Positions 9,774-18,938 of a stretch of 64,000 bases of DNA are shown here, one piece after another. The notes beneath the pieces were generated by a model that made no database searches, was not told the DNA's origin, and worked only from the letters and a program-made list of their open reading frames with translations. Position 1 is the stretch's first letter, and every line of letters starts with the position of its first letter. The position numbers and the translations under genes were made by a program. The stretch is from the NCBI GenBank assembly GCA_031265685.1, contig JAISCI010000073.1, positions 8,915-72,914 of the forward strand. The letters are read 5' to 3'. The stretch comes from Clostridiales bacterium (GTDB taxonomy: Bacteria; Bacillota; Clostridia; Lachnospirales; WRAX01).

Positions 9774-10370
9774 ATGGATGGGAAGGGTAATCCGCCTGAC
9801 TTTCGGAAACTGGGATTTTATGCCGCGTTGGGCGGTGTTGCGGTTGCGGCTGTTATTATATGGATGCTTTCGGGCGGCGGGTACGCGGTGCCGGCCTCGG
9901 AGAGCGCGTATCAGGCTGAAATTGTCATCCGCGCGGACGACGGCGGCCGGAGCGCTACGCCGGATACTATCGTCGTCTACATCACGGGCGAGGTGGCGGA
10001 TCCCGGCGTCTATGAGATCGAGCGCGGCGCGCGGATCGCCGCCGTTCTTGAGTTGGCGGGCGGCGCGCTCGGCGATGCCGACCTTGGCGCGGTCAATCTG
10101 TCCAAGAAAGCTGACGACGAGGAACATATCGTAATACCGAAAGCCGGCGAAAGTCTCGCAACCCGGGAAACGAGCGGACTAATCAACATCAACGCCGCCG
10201 GCAGGGACGAATTGATGACATTGCCTGGCGTGGGCGGCGTCACGGCGGACGAGATCATACGGCACCGCGAGGAGCATGGTCCATTCCAGAACGCGCGGGA
10301 ATTGACCGAGGTGTTCGGAGTCGGAGAAAAGACGTATGAGAGACTTTCCGCGTACATAACCGCGGAATAA
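9774..10370 (+). CDS. comEA: ComEA-type competence DNA-binding protein (TM anchor, SLBB, tandem helix-hairpin-helix)
   Basis: 198 aa. N-terminal TM segment FYAALGGVAVAAVIIWML and C-terminal HhH motifs INAAGRDELMTLPGVGGVTADEII..GPF..ELTEVFGVGEKTYERL. Confidence 0.85.
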   Translation: MDGKGNPPDFRKLGFYAALGGVAVAAVIIWMLSGGGYAVPASESAYQAEIVIRADDGGRSATPDTIVVYITGEVADPGVYEIERGARIAAVLELAGGALGDADLGAVNLSKKADDEEHIVIPKAGESLATRETSGLININAAGRDELMTLPGVGGVTADEIIRHREEHGPFQNARELTEVFGVGEKTYERLSAYITAE

Positions 10371-10515
10371 CCGGATGGAGCAAAGCGGTTCCGCGCGCGG
10401 CTGTGTTTTTTGATCTTAAATTTACAAGTCAAGCGCGGCAGAAAAACAAAAATGACCCGGAGCGTGAAATCCGCCGCCATAGCGTTGCGAGGGCGGCTAT
10501 GGGGGATGCCAAGCA

Positions 10516-11060
10516 ATGAGCCGTAGCCGTCTTAGCATAAGCGAAAGGTAAAAGATACTGGTGTTAAACGCATCGGGGAAAAGCCTGCGGGCAATCTCCC
10601 GCGAAATCGGTCGCTGTGCGCCGCTGGAAAACAAGGGATTAAAAGGTATGGCGGGAGGCCTGCTCTTGGAATCGCAATGGCCGTCGGCGCAAATCCCAGC
10701 CGCTTCGCGTTTGAAAATGACTCTTACAGTATAAGTTTCAGCACTATCTGCTGAGCCGTTTGCGTGGGGGCGATACGCCGGAATAAAGGTGTTCCAGCGC
10801 AATCGCGGCGGCGCGGAAAACCAAGGCGGCGCAAAGGGGCCGCCGAAACCAGGGGCGAAATTGTTATCAGCAATCAAATTCAGGATCCGCCCGAAGAACG
10901 AGCCGCCGTAAAACCGCCGGGGAAAGCCTCAAAGCGGTATTCGGCTCTTGCGGCGGAGAAAACACTTAAGTTGCCGACGCGCCTTGGCGACGGGAAACGA
11001 ACGAAAACACAAACGGGACGCTTAATGAATATTAGCGCATACGACGAGTTTAATGAATAA
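10516..11060 (+). pseudogene. Decayed, internally deleted IS30-family transposase remnant
   Basis: One reading frame from ATG 10516 gives MSRSRLSISER*KILVLNASGKSLRAISREIGRCAP..ESQWPSAQI..T V*VSALSAEPFAWG..RNRGGAENQGGAKGPPKPGAKLLSAIKFRIRPKNEPP*. This resembles the IS30 N-terminal HTH (GKSLRAIARELGR), the WSPEQIA box and the ..RG.I.....I..RP.E.. segment, but it has three in-frame TAA stops. A tail in a different frame, LKLPTRLGDGKRT, resembles the C-terminal LN.RPRK.LG.KTP. The DDE core is missing. Confidence 0.55.
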
Positions 11061-11074
11061 AAAACAGCTAAAAC

Positions 11075-11761
11075 CTACTGACGGGATACTGTTCGGCGGA
11101 CGGCATCCCGTTTGCCGGCCACGCAAACGGCGAAAGATCCGACTTCTTCCGCCCCCGCGGAGCGCAGAGCTTCCTCACACTCGGCAAACGTTCCGCCTGT
11201 AGTGGTAATGTCGTCGACTAGAAGAACGCGCTTTGCGCGAACTAAACCGGCTTCAGCGACGAAGGCTCCGGCTATATTGGGACGGCGGAGCTGACGCGCT
11301 ACCAGAGACTGTTTTTTTGTGTCGCGGACGCGGGATAGCGCGGCCACCACCGGAACTCCGCAAATCGGTTCCATCGCCCGCGCGAGCAGTTCCGACTGGT
11401 TGAATCCGCGCTCACGCAACCGCGCCGCGTGCAGCGGCACCGGAACGATCATATCGTAACCCGTTATCCGCGAAGCGACGTCGCCGCCCCGGTCAATCAG
11501 TGAGGCTATCGCGGAAGCGGCGGGTGTGTTGCCGCCGTATTTGAAATTGTGGATCATATCGCGCGAGGCGGCGTTGTATTCCAAAAGCGCCGTGCCGCCG
11601 TCCTCGTATTGTTCCGCAAAAACAAGGCCTGCCGCGCATTCCGCGTGGAAATGCCGCGCGCCCACAGGCAGGAGCGCGTCGCAGATGGCGCAGCGCGGCG
11701 GGTAGAGCGCGTCGAGTATTATGTCTTTCAGCCTGTCAAATATTCCCTGATTCGATGACAT
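11075..11761 (-). CDS. comFC: ComF family protein (phosphoribosyltransferase-like competence protein)
   Basis: 228 aa. N-terminal Cys cluster PPRCAICDALL..HFHAEC and the PRTase motif VLLVDDITTTGGTFAEC. Confidence 0.85.
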   Translation of the reverse strand: MSSNQGIFDRLKDIILDALYPPRCAICDALLPVGARHFHAECAAGLVFAEQYEDGGTALLEYNAASRDMIHNFKYGGNTPAASAIASLIDRGGDVASRITGYDMIVPVPLHAARLRERGFNQSELLARAMEPICGVPVVAALSRVRDTKKQSLVARQLRRPNIAGAFVAEAGLVRAKRVLLVDDITTTGGTFAECEEALRSAGAEEVGSFAVCVAGKRDAVRRTVSRQ

Positions 11762-13982
11762 ATGAACTCATCCCCGAAAGCCGCCAGCCGAGCGCCGAAT
11801 ATCGTACTGTCTCGCGGTTGTTGTCCACTATGCGGCGCATACAATCGGGGTCGCCGACAAGGACGCACAACCGCTCCGCTCGCGTGATCGCCGTGTAGAG
11901 CAGGTTGCGCGTCAAAAGCATAGGCGGGCCGGGGAACATCGGCAGGATTACCGCCTTCACCTCGCTGCCCTGCGACTTGTGTATCGTCATGGCGTAGGCC
12001 GGCTCCAGCTCGTCGAGCGCGGAAAAGCCGTATCGCGCCGTCTTCCCGTCGTCGAAAGTCACGCCTATAAATCCGCCCTCGGCGTCTATTGCCTCGATAA
12101 TTCCGAGATCGCCGTTATAGACGCCCAGCCCTTCCTCGTCGGAGCGACCGCGTGAATTTTCGCAATGGTTCGCGGGGATCCGCCACGCCAGCGAGTAATT
12201 GTTGCGGATTTGCATTACCTTATCGCCCTCGCGGAAATCAAAACCGCCGTAATGCCGCTCGGACCGCCCTTGGCCGGGCGGGTTAAGCGCGCTTTGCAGC
12301 GTCGCGTTAAGCGCGCCGACGCCCAACGGCCCCTTGCGCGTCGGCGTCAGCACCTGAATATCGCGCAGCCGGTCGCCTCCGACAAATTTCGGCAACCGCT
12401 CCGCCGCCAGCTCAACGACCGCGCTGGCCACGCGTTCCGCGCCCTGCCTCCTGATGAAAAAGAAGTCTTTCGCTCCGCCCCATTCGGGATACTCGCCCCG
12501 GTTGACGCGGTGCGCGTTGAGGACTATCGCGCTCTCGGCGGCCTGCCTGTAAATATCAGTCAGACGCGCGACCGGGACGACTTCGGACGCTATAATATCC
12601 TTAAGCACGTTACCGGGGCCGACCGACGGCAACTGATCGGCGTCGCCGACGAGAACGAGCCGCGCACCCGGCCCTACCGCCGAAACGAGCGCCCCGAACA
12701 GCAAAATATCCACCATCGACATCTCGTCAATGATGACGACGTCCGCGTCTATCTCGGGTACGTCGTCGCCGCTGGCGTTCCCCTCGTGCCCCGCCGCTAT
12801 GCCCAGCAAACGGTGCATTGTCTTCGCGGGGCGTCCGGTGGCCTCGGTCATGCGTTTGGCGGCGCGGCCGGTCGGCGCGGCCAATTCCACGGTATGCCCC
12901 GCCTCGGTCAGAAGTTCTATGATCGCCTTGATCGTCGTCGTCTTTCCCGTGCCGGGTCCGCCCGTTATGACGGCGGCTCCGCTTGTGAGCGCCAGCAGGA
13001 CTGCGCGGCGCTGACCTTCGGAAAGTTCCTCGCCCGTCCGCCGGATATAATCTGCGATCCGCGCGGAAGCGTCCGCACGACCGTCTGCTTCGGAGCCGCC
13101 GGCGATGATCTCGAGCAGGCGCTTCGCCGCCTTGGTCTCCGCGAACCAAAAACGCTTCAAATAATAGGCTTCCGTGCCGTCAACATTCTGCGCTTTGACG
13201 GATCCGTCGGCGCGGAGCTGGAACAGGCACTCCTCAATCAGTTCCGTGCCGGCTCCGAGCAGTTCTCGCGAGCGCCGGATCAACTCGTCCGCCGGTAGGT
13301 AGACGTGTCCGAGCGCCTGACCCTGCGACAGAGCGTATTTTATGCCGCCCGAAACGCGGCGCGGATCGTCGTGCGCAAAACCGGCCCGCCGCGCGATACC
13401 GTCGGCGGTGACGAAGCCGACCCCGGACACGTCGTCCGCCAGTCGGTACGGGTTCGCCTTGACGACCGATATAGTCTGATCCTTATACCGGTTGTATATC
13501 TTTATGGCGTACGCCGGCGATACGCCGTACTCGGCGAGGAACATCACCGCGCGGCGCTCGTCCGCCCTCTCGCGGAACTGCTCTCCTATGGAGAGCGCCT
13601 TTTTAAGCGGCAGGCCCTTTACCTCGGCCAGCCGCTCCGGGGCGCTCTCAATGACGTCGAACGTGTCCTCTCCGAACATCTCGGCTACGCGCCGCGCGAG
13701 CTTCTCGCCAAGCCCCTTGATTACTCCGGACGAGAGATATTTCTCGATTCCGGACATCGTGGTCGGCGTCTTCCGGTATATGACGGAGGCGCTGAACTGA
13801 CGACCGTAAATCGGGTGCAGCGTGAACTCGCCCTCCATCTCGACGGTTTCGCCCTGGGCCGGCGGCGTGGCGGCATATCCGACCGCGGTTACGGGCATGG
13901 TCTCGCCGTCTGGCAGGACGCTAATGACGATGTAACCGTTCTCGTCGTTACGGAAGATCACGCCCTCCACTACGGCGGACAT
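11736..13982 (-). CDS. recD2: RecD2-like ATP-dependent DNA helicase (RecD/TraA family)
   Basis: Walker A VITGGPGTGKTT, helicase motifs VIIDEMSMVD and LVLVGDADQLPSVGPG, and C-terminal AMTIHKSQGSE. Start chosen at ATG 13982 (MSAVVEGVIFRNDENGY), which avoids overlap with the upstream CDS. The ORF also allows ATG 14021. Confidence 0.85.
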   Translation of the reverse strand: MSAVVEGVIFRNDENGYIVISVLPDGETMPVTAVGYAATPPAQGETVEMEGEFTLHPIYGRQFSASVIYRKTPTTMSGIEKYLSSGVIKGLGEKLARRVAEMFGEDTFDVIESAPERLAEVKGLPLKKALSIGEQFRERADERRAVMFLAEYGVSPAYAIKIYNRYKDQTISVVKANPYRLADDVSGVGFVTADGIARRAGFAHDDPRRVSGGIKYALSQGQALGHVYLPADELIRRSRELLGAGTELIEECLFQLRADGSVKAQNVDGTEAYYLKRFWFAETKAAKRLLEIIAGGSEADGRADASARIADYIRRTGEELSEGQRRAVLLALTSGAAVITGGPGTGKTTTIKAIIELLTEAGHTVELAAPTGRAAKRMTEATGRPAKTMHRLLGIAAGHEGNASGDDVPEIDADVVIIDEMSMVDILLFGALVSAVGPGARLVLVGDADQLPSVGPGNVLKDIIASEVVPVARLTDIYRQAAESAIVLNAHRVNRGEYPEWGGAKDFFFIRRQGAERVASAVVELAAERLPKFVGGDRLRDIQVLTPTRKGPLGVGALNATLQSALNPPGQGRSERHYGGFDFREGDKVMQIRNNYSLAWRIPANHCENSRGRSDEEGLGVYNGDLGIIEAIDAEGGFIGVTFDDGKTARYGFSALDELEPAYAMTIHKSQGSEVKAVILPMFPGPPMLLTRNLLYTAITRAERLCVLVGDPDCMRRIVDNNRETVRYSALGWRLSGMSSYVIESGNI

Positions 13983-13996
13983 GCCAGTTTTTTGAC

Positions 13997-15562
13997 TCAC
14001 CGCGCGACAGTCCATGCCCATTCGGCTATATCCGCCGCCACGCGGGGATTGATCGGGATTTTCTCCAGTTCTTCCGCGCTCAGCTGCGTGTCCGGCGCCT
14101 CGACGAAGACTCCGTTCAGCTCCTCATAGTATTTTATGGTAACGCGGTCGACCGCCCCGCTTTCCTCAACTATCTTCTCGTAGGCGTCGCGCCCGACCTT
14201 CGGCGTGATGTTATCGTCCTTGCCGACCTCGAGCACGAGGAACGGCACGCGGAGCGTCGAAAAATATTCCTTCGAGCCTTTCCCGTCGAACGTTTTGAGA
14301 TAATACGCCGGGAATCCGAAGTATGTCACGTAGGGCAGCTCCTCGTCGGTCAGTCCCTCGATGCCCGGCGCGCGCGCGTAGTCCGCATCCGACGTGTCGT
14401 CTATCACCTTGGCGCCTTTAGCCAGCGCGTACTCGTCCTCGACAGTCTGCGGGAAATCAGGCTGCGATTCGGCGTTCGCGACCGACAGCTCCTGGTAATA
14501 TTGGTAGAGTACATCCAGGAACGGCTCGGGCGAGCCGCTGAGGATTATGCCGCCGTCGAATCCGCCTTCCTCCACGATGCGCGGCGTCAGCAGACCGCTG
14601 AACACGTGGCCGACGGCGTAGATCTTGGAGAACGTCAGTCCGTCAAGGGGCGGATCGCCGTCGGGGGCGATCTTCGCGTCGGCGACAGCGGTCTCCTTCG
14701 CGGCGATCGCGTCGGCGATCACTTCCTCCTCGACGCTGAACGTCGCGGCCAAGTCCGCGTTGGAATACAGCTCCATCGGATACGCGAACGTCCAGTTGTC
14801 ATAGCGCAGAACGCACATGCCGGCCTGCGCCAGCTGATACGCCAGCTGTTTGTACATCGGCCCGAACGCGGTGGAATAATCCATTTCGTGCGCATTGATC
14901 GAGGAGATCAGCACGAAAAGCGGAACGGGCGTATCCCACTCAGCGTTTGCGGGATACGTCAGCTTGGCGTTCAGCGGATACTCCCCGCCGCTTCTTATGG
15001 TCAGGTTCTTCTCGGCGACTCCGGCCGGCAGATCCTCAGCGTCAGTCTGAACCGTCAACGGAGCGGCGGCGAACTGAGCGTCCGCGATCATTCCCTTGGA
15101 ATCGGCGACGACGACGGACATGATACCCTGTGTCTCATAGTCCGCCGTAACGGAATACAGATAGTATCCGCTCTGATCTATGACGCCGCGCTTGCCCTCG
15201 CGGACAAAACCGCCCGATACCGCCGCCATTTCATTCCATTCGGACCGGAGCGTATCGGCGGAAATACCCGAGCTGGCCGCGTAGCTCTGGTCGAACATAG
15301 CGAAGGCTTCGTCGAAACGGCCGGCGCGGACATACTCGACAAACTCGGTCACTTTCGCGTCGATCTCATCAGCCGTCAGCGTAGGCGACTCAGTGGCGGC
15401 AGGGAGTTCCTCGCCGCCCTGGGGCGGGAGCGTCGGAAGCTCGTTGGACGCCAGGCGCCCGTTGGGTTCAGACTCGGCTATCTCGGCGGTTCCGCATCCG
15501 GAAACGACCGATACGGACAGTAACACGGCCAGCGCCATGGTGATGAGCATTCGTCTTTTCAT
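13997..15562 (-). CDS. Lipoprotein with DUF3887-like N-domain and alpha/beta-hydrolase domain
   Basis: Start trimmed to ATG 15562 (MKRRMLITMALAVLLSVSVVSGCG, a lipobox), preceded by a GGAG RBS. Hydrolase-like core LFVLISSINAHEMDY..YAVGHVFSGLL. The upstream part of the six-frame ORF (to 15742) has no RBS or signal logic. Confidence 0.65.
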   Translation of the reverse strand: MKRRMLITMALAVLLSVSVVSGCGTAEIAESEPNGRLASNELPTLPPQGGEELPAATESPTLTADEIDAKVTEFVEYVRAGRFDEAFAMFDQSYAASSGISADTLRSEWNEMAAVSGGFVREGKRGVIDQSGYYLYSVTADYETQGIMSVVVADSKGMIADAQFAAAPLTVQTDAEDLPAGVAEKNLTIRSGGEYPLNAKLTYPANAEWDTPVPLFVLISSINAHEMDYSTAFGPMYKQLAYQLAQAGMCVLRYDNWTFAYPMELYSNADLAATFSVEEEVIADAIAAKETAVADAKIAPDGDPPLDGLTFSKIYAVGHVFSGLLTPRIVEEGGFDGGIILSGSPEPFLDVLYQYYQELSVANAESQPDFPQTVEDEYALAKGAKVIDDTSDADYARAPGIEGLTDEELPYVTYFGFPAYYLKTFDGKGSKEYFSTLRVPFLVLEVGKDDNITPKVGRDAYEKIVEESGAVDRVTIKYYEELNGVFVEAPDTQLSAEELEKIPINPRVAADIAEWAWTVAR

Positions 15563-15828
15563 TGATAGTCTCCTCGCTGATTTTTTATTATTATAACGCT
15601 TGCCGGCCAAGATTACAATGATAAATAATTTGTGCGGGTTATAATAAAACGCGAAAAAAACCGGCAGGGCATATCCGAAACCCGACCGCCGCGCCAAAAC
15701 CGCGAATGTATATTTTATATCTGAAGCTGACAGCTCGCGCAAAATTCATTGACGGGGATTTCATCCTTAGACCCCATTTGCCGTTTCACCCCGGCGGAGC
15801 CGAAACCGGCGCCGCCGGGGCAAGCGAT

Positions 15829-16035
15829 CTACATCACCTTGGCCGCCAAATAATCGTTTAATTTATCCACCAGCAGATCCACATCCAGCCCGTGGACGTA
15901 TCCGGCCTCTTCCAGCGTCTCGGCCTGCGCCGAGGGGCATCCCAGGCAGTGAAGCCCGGAATTCATAAGAATCGGCGCCAGCTCTATATCCTGCCGCAGA
16001 ATGTCGCCGATTATCATGTCCTTGGTTACGATCAT
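15829..16035 (-). CDS. DUF1858 / hybrid-cluster-protein-associated redox disulfide domain protein
   Basis: 68 aa. Family-typical [12 protein letters not shown].. and [16 protein letters not shown] motifs. Confidence 0.75.
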   Translation of the reverse strand: MIVTKDMIIGDILRQDIELAPILMNSGLHCLGCPSAQAETLEEAGYVHGLDVDLLVDKLNDYLAAKVM

Positions 16036-16046
16036 TCCAATCCCTC

Positions 16047-16571
16047 CTATTCAATCCATTTTATTTGGGGATAATACGAGAAATAAAGCTTCCCGATTAT
16101 CTTTTCCCTCGATACGTATTTGTTGACCCACTCGCGCGAATCGCGCGAATCGTTCCGATTGTCGCCCATCATAAAATAATGGCCCTCGGGGACGACGAAC
16201 GGCCCGCCCGTGTAACGCGAAGGCTCGCGGATAAAATCGTCGCGGAGCGGTTCGGGGTCGTCGTTTACGTACACTTTGCCGTCCGCGATGGTGATTGTCT
16301 CGCCCGGCAGGCCGATTATGCGCTTCACGAAAAGCTCCTCCTCGTGGTCCGGGAACGGGAACACGACCACGTCGTATCTCTGCGGCTCGGAGAACAGGTA
16401 TGTCAGCTTGAGTCCGACCACGCGCGACTCGAGCGGTATCGTGTCCAGCATCGAACCTGTCGGCACGTTGGCGTGGACGATAATATAGCCGTTTATGAAC
16501 AGCGCCGACAGCACCGCCGCCGTGATGACGACGATCCAACTGATAATCTCTTTGCGGGTTTCAGACCCCAC
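16047..16571 (-). CDS. lepB: Signal peptidase I
   Basis: TM anchor [18 protein letters not shown]. Catalytic Ser box [10 protein letters not shown], Lys box [11 protein letters not shown], and [11 protein letters not shown]. No ATG lies downstream of the mtnN stop. GTG 16571 (GGAGATGGAG upstream) is preferred, with TTG 16601 as an alternative. The 263-aa six-frame ORF extends into mtnN and is rejected. Confidence 0.8.
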   Translation of the reverse strand: MGSETRKEIISWIVVITAAVLSALFINGYIIVHANVPTGSMLDTIPLESRVVGLKLTYLFSEPQRYDVVVFPFPDHEEELFVKRIIGLPGETITIADGKVYVNDDPEPLRDDFIREPSRYTGGPFVVPEGHYFMMGDNRNDSRDSREWVNKYVSREKIIGKLYFSYYPQIKWIE

Positions 16572-16630
16572 CTGGCTCCATCTCCAATAAATTTTACTCA
16601 AGACCGATCCGCCCGGGTTTCGGACGGCGA

Positions 16631-17356
16631 TCACTGAATCCGCTCGACCATCCGCTCGATGACGTTCGCCGCGACGGCGCCCGCGCGGCCGATAAACTCC
16701 CGGAACTCGGCGTCGGCCCCGGCTCCCGATCTGTCGGATATTGTGCGTACGACGACGAACGGTATACGGTTGAGGTAGCAGGTCTGGGCTATGGCGGCGC
16801 CTTCCATCTCCACGCAGTCCGCCCGGAAGAGCTGCCATATGCGCTGGCGCCGATCCTCTCCGGAGACGAAGACGTCTCCGGTGGCGATCCGTCCGACAAC
16901 CACCTTAGGCGTGAGTTTCGCTTCGCAAAACTCATCGTCCAGCGCGGCGCGCCCCGATTCCTCCGCCGCGCGGATAAGCTCCGGGTCGGCGGGGAAATAC
17001 GTTATATCGAGCCTCGGTATGAACCCAATCGGGTCGCCGAATACGGACGCGTCGAAGTCGTGGTGAACGGCGTCCTTTGACACTACCACGTCCCCGATGT
17101 TCAGCTCGCGGTTGACCGCCCCCGCCACGCCGACATTGACAAGGTAATCAATGGCATAGAGGTCGATCAGCACTTGGGCGCAGATAGCGGAGTTCACTTT
17201 CCCGACGCCGCTTCTGGCGGCAATCACGCTCTGGCCGCGCATCTTCCCTATATAATAATCGGCTCCGACTATGTTTTTGGCCTGCACAAGTTCCATCCTA
17301 GATCGAATCTGGGAGATCTCTTCCTCCATAGCGCCTATTATGCCTATCGTTTTCAT
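16631..17356 (-). CDS. mtnN: 5-methylthioadenosine/S-adenosylhomocysteine nucleosidase
   Basis: MKTIGIIGAMEEEI N-terminus, VEMEGAAIAQ and VVRTISD motifs. ATG 17356 has a GAAGGTG RBS 7 nt upstream. Confidence 0.9.
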   Translation of the reverse strand: MKTIGIIGAMEEEISQIRSRMELVQAKNIVGADYYIGKMRGQSVIAARSGVGKVNSAICAQVLIDLYAIDYLVNVGVAGAVNRELNIGDVVVSKDAVHHDFDASVFGDPIGFIPRLDITYFPADPELIRAAEESGRAALDDEFCEAKLTPKVVVGRIATGDVFVSGEDRRQRIWQLFRADCVEMEGAAIAQTCYLNRIPFVVVRTISDRSGAGADAEFREFIGRAGAVAANVIERMVERIQ

Positions 17357-17406
17357 TTTCACACACCTTCTTAAGTCTCGCGCACAGGAAACAACATCGT
17401 AATCTT

Positions 17407-17435
17407 ATTATAACACGGGCGGGTAAAATAAACAA
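17407..17435 (-). promoter_or_regulatory. Putative extended -10 promoter for mtnN
   Basis: Minus strand reads TTGTTT (17430-35), 17-nt spacer, TG-T-TATAAT (17407-15), about 50 nt upstream of the mtnN start. Confidence 0.5.
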
Positions 17436-17494
17436 TAGTCAAAGTTGACAGATATACGCGCGGAATTCCGGTGCGCGCCCGTGTCCCCGAAACA

Positions 17495-17736
17495 CGTTCG
17501 TTTCATAAACGCCGGGAACCTCCAAGAGAGGGCGCTGTCTGCGGAAAACGGATTAGCCGCGAGGGCGCGGGGGATCGCGTTCGGGAAAGGACATATATTA
17601 TTACATATATTCTTCGCTAACGCCATGCATATTTCAATGATTTCATGTACTGAAGCGGCGAAAAGATATAATTTACGGCAATTCGCCCCGCCATCCTCTC
17701 CCGCGGCCAGGGGCTTGAGCGTTTATGAAACGACCG
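17495..17736. repeat. Copy A of a second intergenic repeat family, bounded by 17-bp terminal inverted repeats
   Basis: CGTTCGTTTCATAAACG (17495-17511) and CGTTTATGAAACGACCG (17720-17736) are 16/17 complementary. The internal block 17628-17676 recurs as its reverse complement at 61501-61552. Confidence 0.75.
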
Positions 17737-17757
17737 CGCCCCGCTCGCATTATTCTG

Positions 17758-17786
17758 TTGAAACCCGCTCCGATATGTGTTATAAT
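17758..17786 (+). promoter_or_regulatory. Putative sigma-A promoter for tsaE-tsaB-rimI
   Basis: TTGAAA (17758-63), 17-nt spacer, TG-T-TATAAT (17778-86), 37 nt upstream of the tsaE ATG. Confidence 0.6.
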
Positions 17787-17822
17787 GCGTTGCGGACGGT
17801 TGGTCCGGAGAGGACGCGGAAA

Positions 17823-18251
17823 ATGTTGCGGTACGAATCGTCGGGTGAATCCGACACATTCGCGGCGGGGCGCGACGCCGCGCGGTTGGCGGCTCCGGGG
17901 CGCGTGTTCTGCCTGCGGGGCGGGATGGGCGCGGGCAAGACTGTATTCGCCAAGGGTTTCGCGGCGGGGATGGGCGTGGCCGAAACCGTCGCCAGTCCGA
18001 CTTTCGCTATTGTCAACGAATACTCCGGCAGGCTGCCGCTGTACCATTTCGACGTTTACCGCCTCCGGGACTCGACCGAGCTGCTCGGCGCCGGCTGCGA
18101 GGAATATTTCTATAGCGACGGCGTGTGCCTTATAGAGTGGGCGGATCGGATCGCGGATATAATCCCGTCGGACGCGGTCTGGATCGACATAACCGAAACC
18201 GCTTCCGGACGGAGTATTGAGGTGTGGGAAAATGACGGTTCTCGCGATTGA
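17823..18251 (+). CDS. tsaE: tRNA t6A biosynthesis ATPase TsaE
   Basis: Start trimmed to ATG 17823 (GGAGAGGA RBS). P-loop LRGGMGAGKTVFAKG, plus SPTFAIVNEY and LYHFDVYRL motifs. The upstream part of the 268-aa ORF is non-coding repeat DNA. Confidence 0.85.
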   Translation: MLRYESSGESDTFAAGRDAARLAAPGRVFCLRGGMGAGKTVFAKGFAAGMGVAETVASPTFAIVNEYSGRLPLYHFDVYRLRDSTELLGAGCEEYFYSDGVCLIEWADRIADIIPSDAVWIDITETASGRSIEVWENDGSRD

Positions 18252-18936
18252 CGCGTCGGGTCTGCCGGCGACGGCGGCGATAGTTTCCGAATCGAAGGTT
18301 CTGGCCGAATGCGGTGTCAACCTCAAAAAGACGCATTCCGAAACGCTTCTGCCTATGATCGAACGGCTGTTTGAATCGGCGGGCATGCCGCCCGAGGATG
18401 TGGATTATATCGCGTGCGCGTCCGGCCCGGGGTCGTTCACGGGTCTGCGGATAGGCGCGTCCACGGCGAAAGGCATAGCGTTCGCTTTGGGCAAAAAGAT
18501 CATACCCGTGCCGACGCTCGACGCGCTGGCCTGCAATATATTCGGAGGAACGCATCTGACCGTTCCCGTGATGGACGCGCGGCGCTCGCAGGTGTACGCG
18601 GCGGTCTATCGCGGAATGGAGCGGCTTGCGCCGTACGCGGCGCTGACCCTTTCGGGTCTTAAAACGCTGACGGCGGAAGCGCTCGAGAGAGAGGGCGCGG
18701 CGCTTGCCGTCTTTGTTGGCGACGGCGCGGACGTCTATCGCCGCGAGCTGTCGGAGTTCCCGTTTGAAATGGCGTTCGCCCCGCCGCACCTGAACGCGCA
18801 GCGAGCGGCGACCGTCGGTACGCTTGCCGTGGGGATGGAATCATCCGCGGTACCCGAGGAGGAATTCACGCCGTTTTATATACGTTTGCCGCAGGCCGAG
18901 CGGGCGCGGCTGGCGAAGGCCGGGGAGCATATATAA
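18232..18936 (+). CDS. tsaB: tRNA t6A biosynthesis protein TsaB
   Basis: MTVLAIDASG N-terminus and GPGSFTGLRIG motif. GAGGTG RBS. It overlaps the tsaE end. Confidence 0.85.
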   Translation: MTVLAIDASGLPATAAIVSESKVLAECGVNLKKTHSETLLPMIERLFESAGMPPEDVDYIACASGPGSFTGLRIGASTAKGIAFALGKKIIPVPTLDALACNIFGGTHLTVPVMDARRSQVYAAVYRGMERLAPYAALTLSGLKTLTAEALEREGAALAVFVGDGADVYRRELSEFPFEMAFAPPHLNAQRAATVGTLAVGMESSAVPEEEFTPFYIRLPQAERARLAKAGEHI

Positions 18937-18938
18937 AG

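Noticed and set aside
10371-10420. Terminator after comEA (CCGCGCGCGG followed by TGTTTTTTG)
   Set aside because: The palindrome allows only a 3-bp stem with a 4-nt loop. The T-run alone is insufficient.
10497-11060. ORFs 10497..10877(-) and 10764..11060(+) as real genes
   Set aside because: Both overlap the stop-riddled IS30-like frame. Neither has an RBS or motifs of its own. They are best explained as chance ORFs within a transposase relic.
17495-17676. ykkC/guanidine-type riboswitch or 6S RNA identity for the second repeat family
   Set aside because: Strings such as CCGAGAGA, ACACCGUGAGGA and GCCCGGG in copy B loosely recall ykkC motifs, but copy A does not share them. The order and spacing do not fit. 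For 6S RNA, the closing stem exists only in copy A. The element is left as unclassified.
17445-17822. N-terminal extensions of six-frame ORFs (tsaE from 17445, prs from 61419, glmS from 30951, purB from 27929, pyrK from 35996, pyrD from 36735, lipoprotein to 15742, deacetylase to 56073, EIIC to 49115, ptsI to 43005)
   Set aside because: The extensions run through intergenic repeats or upstream genes and lack RBSs. Internal starts with good Shine-Dalgarno sequences reproduce canonical family N-termini.
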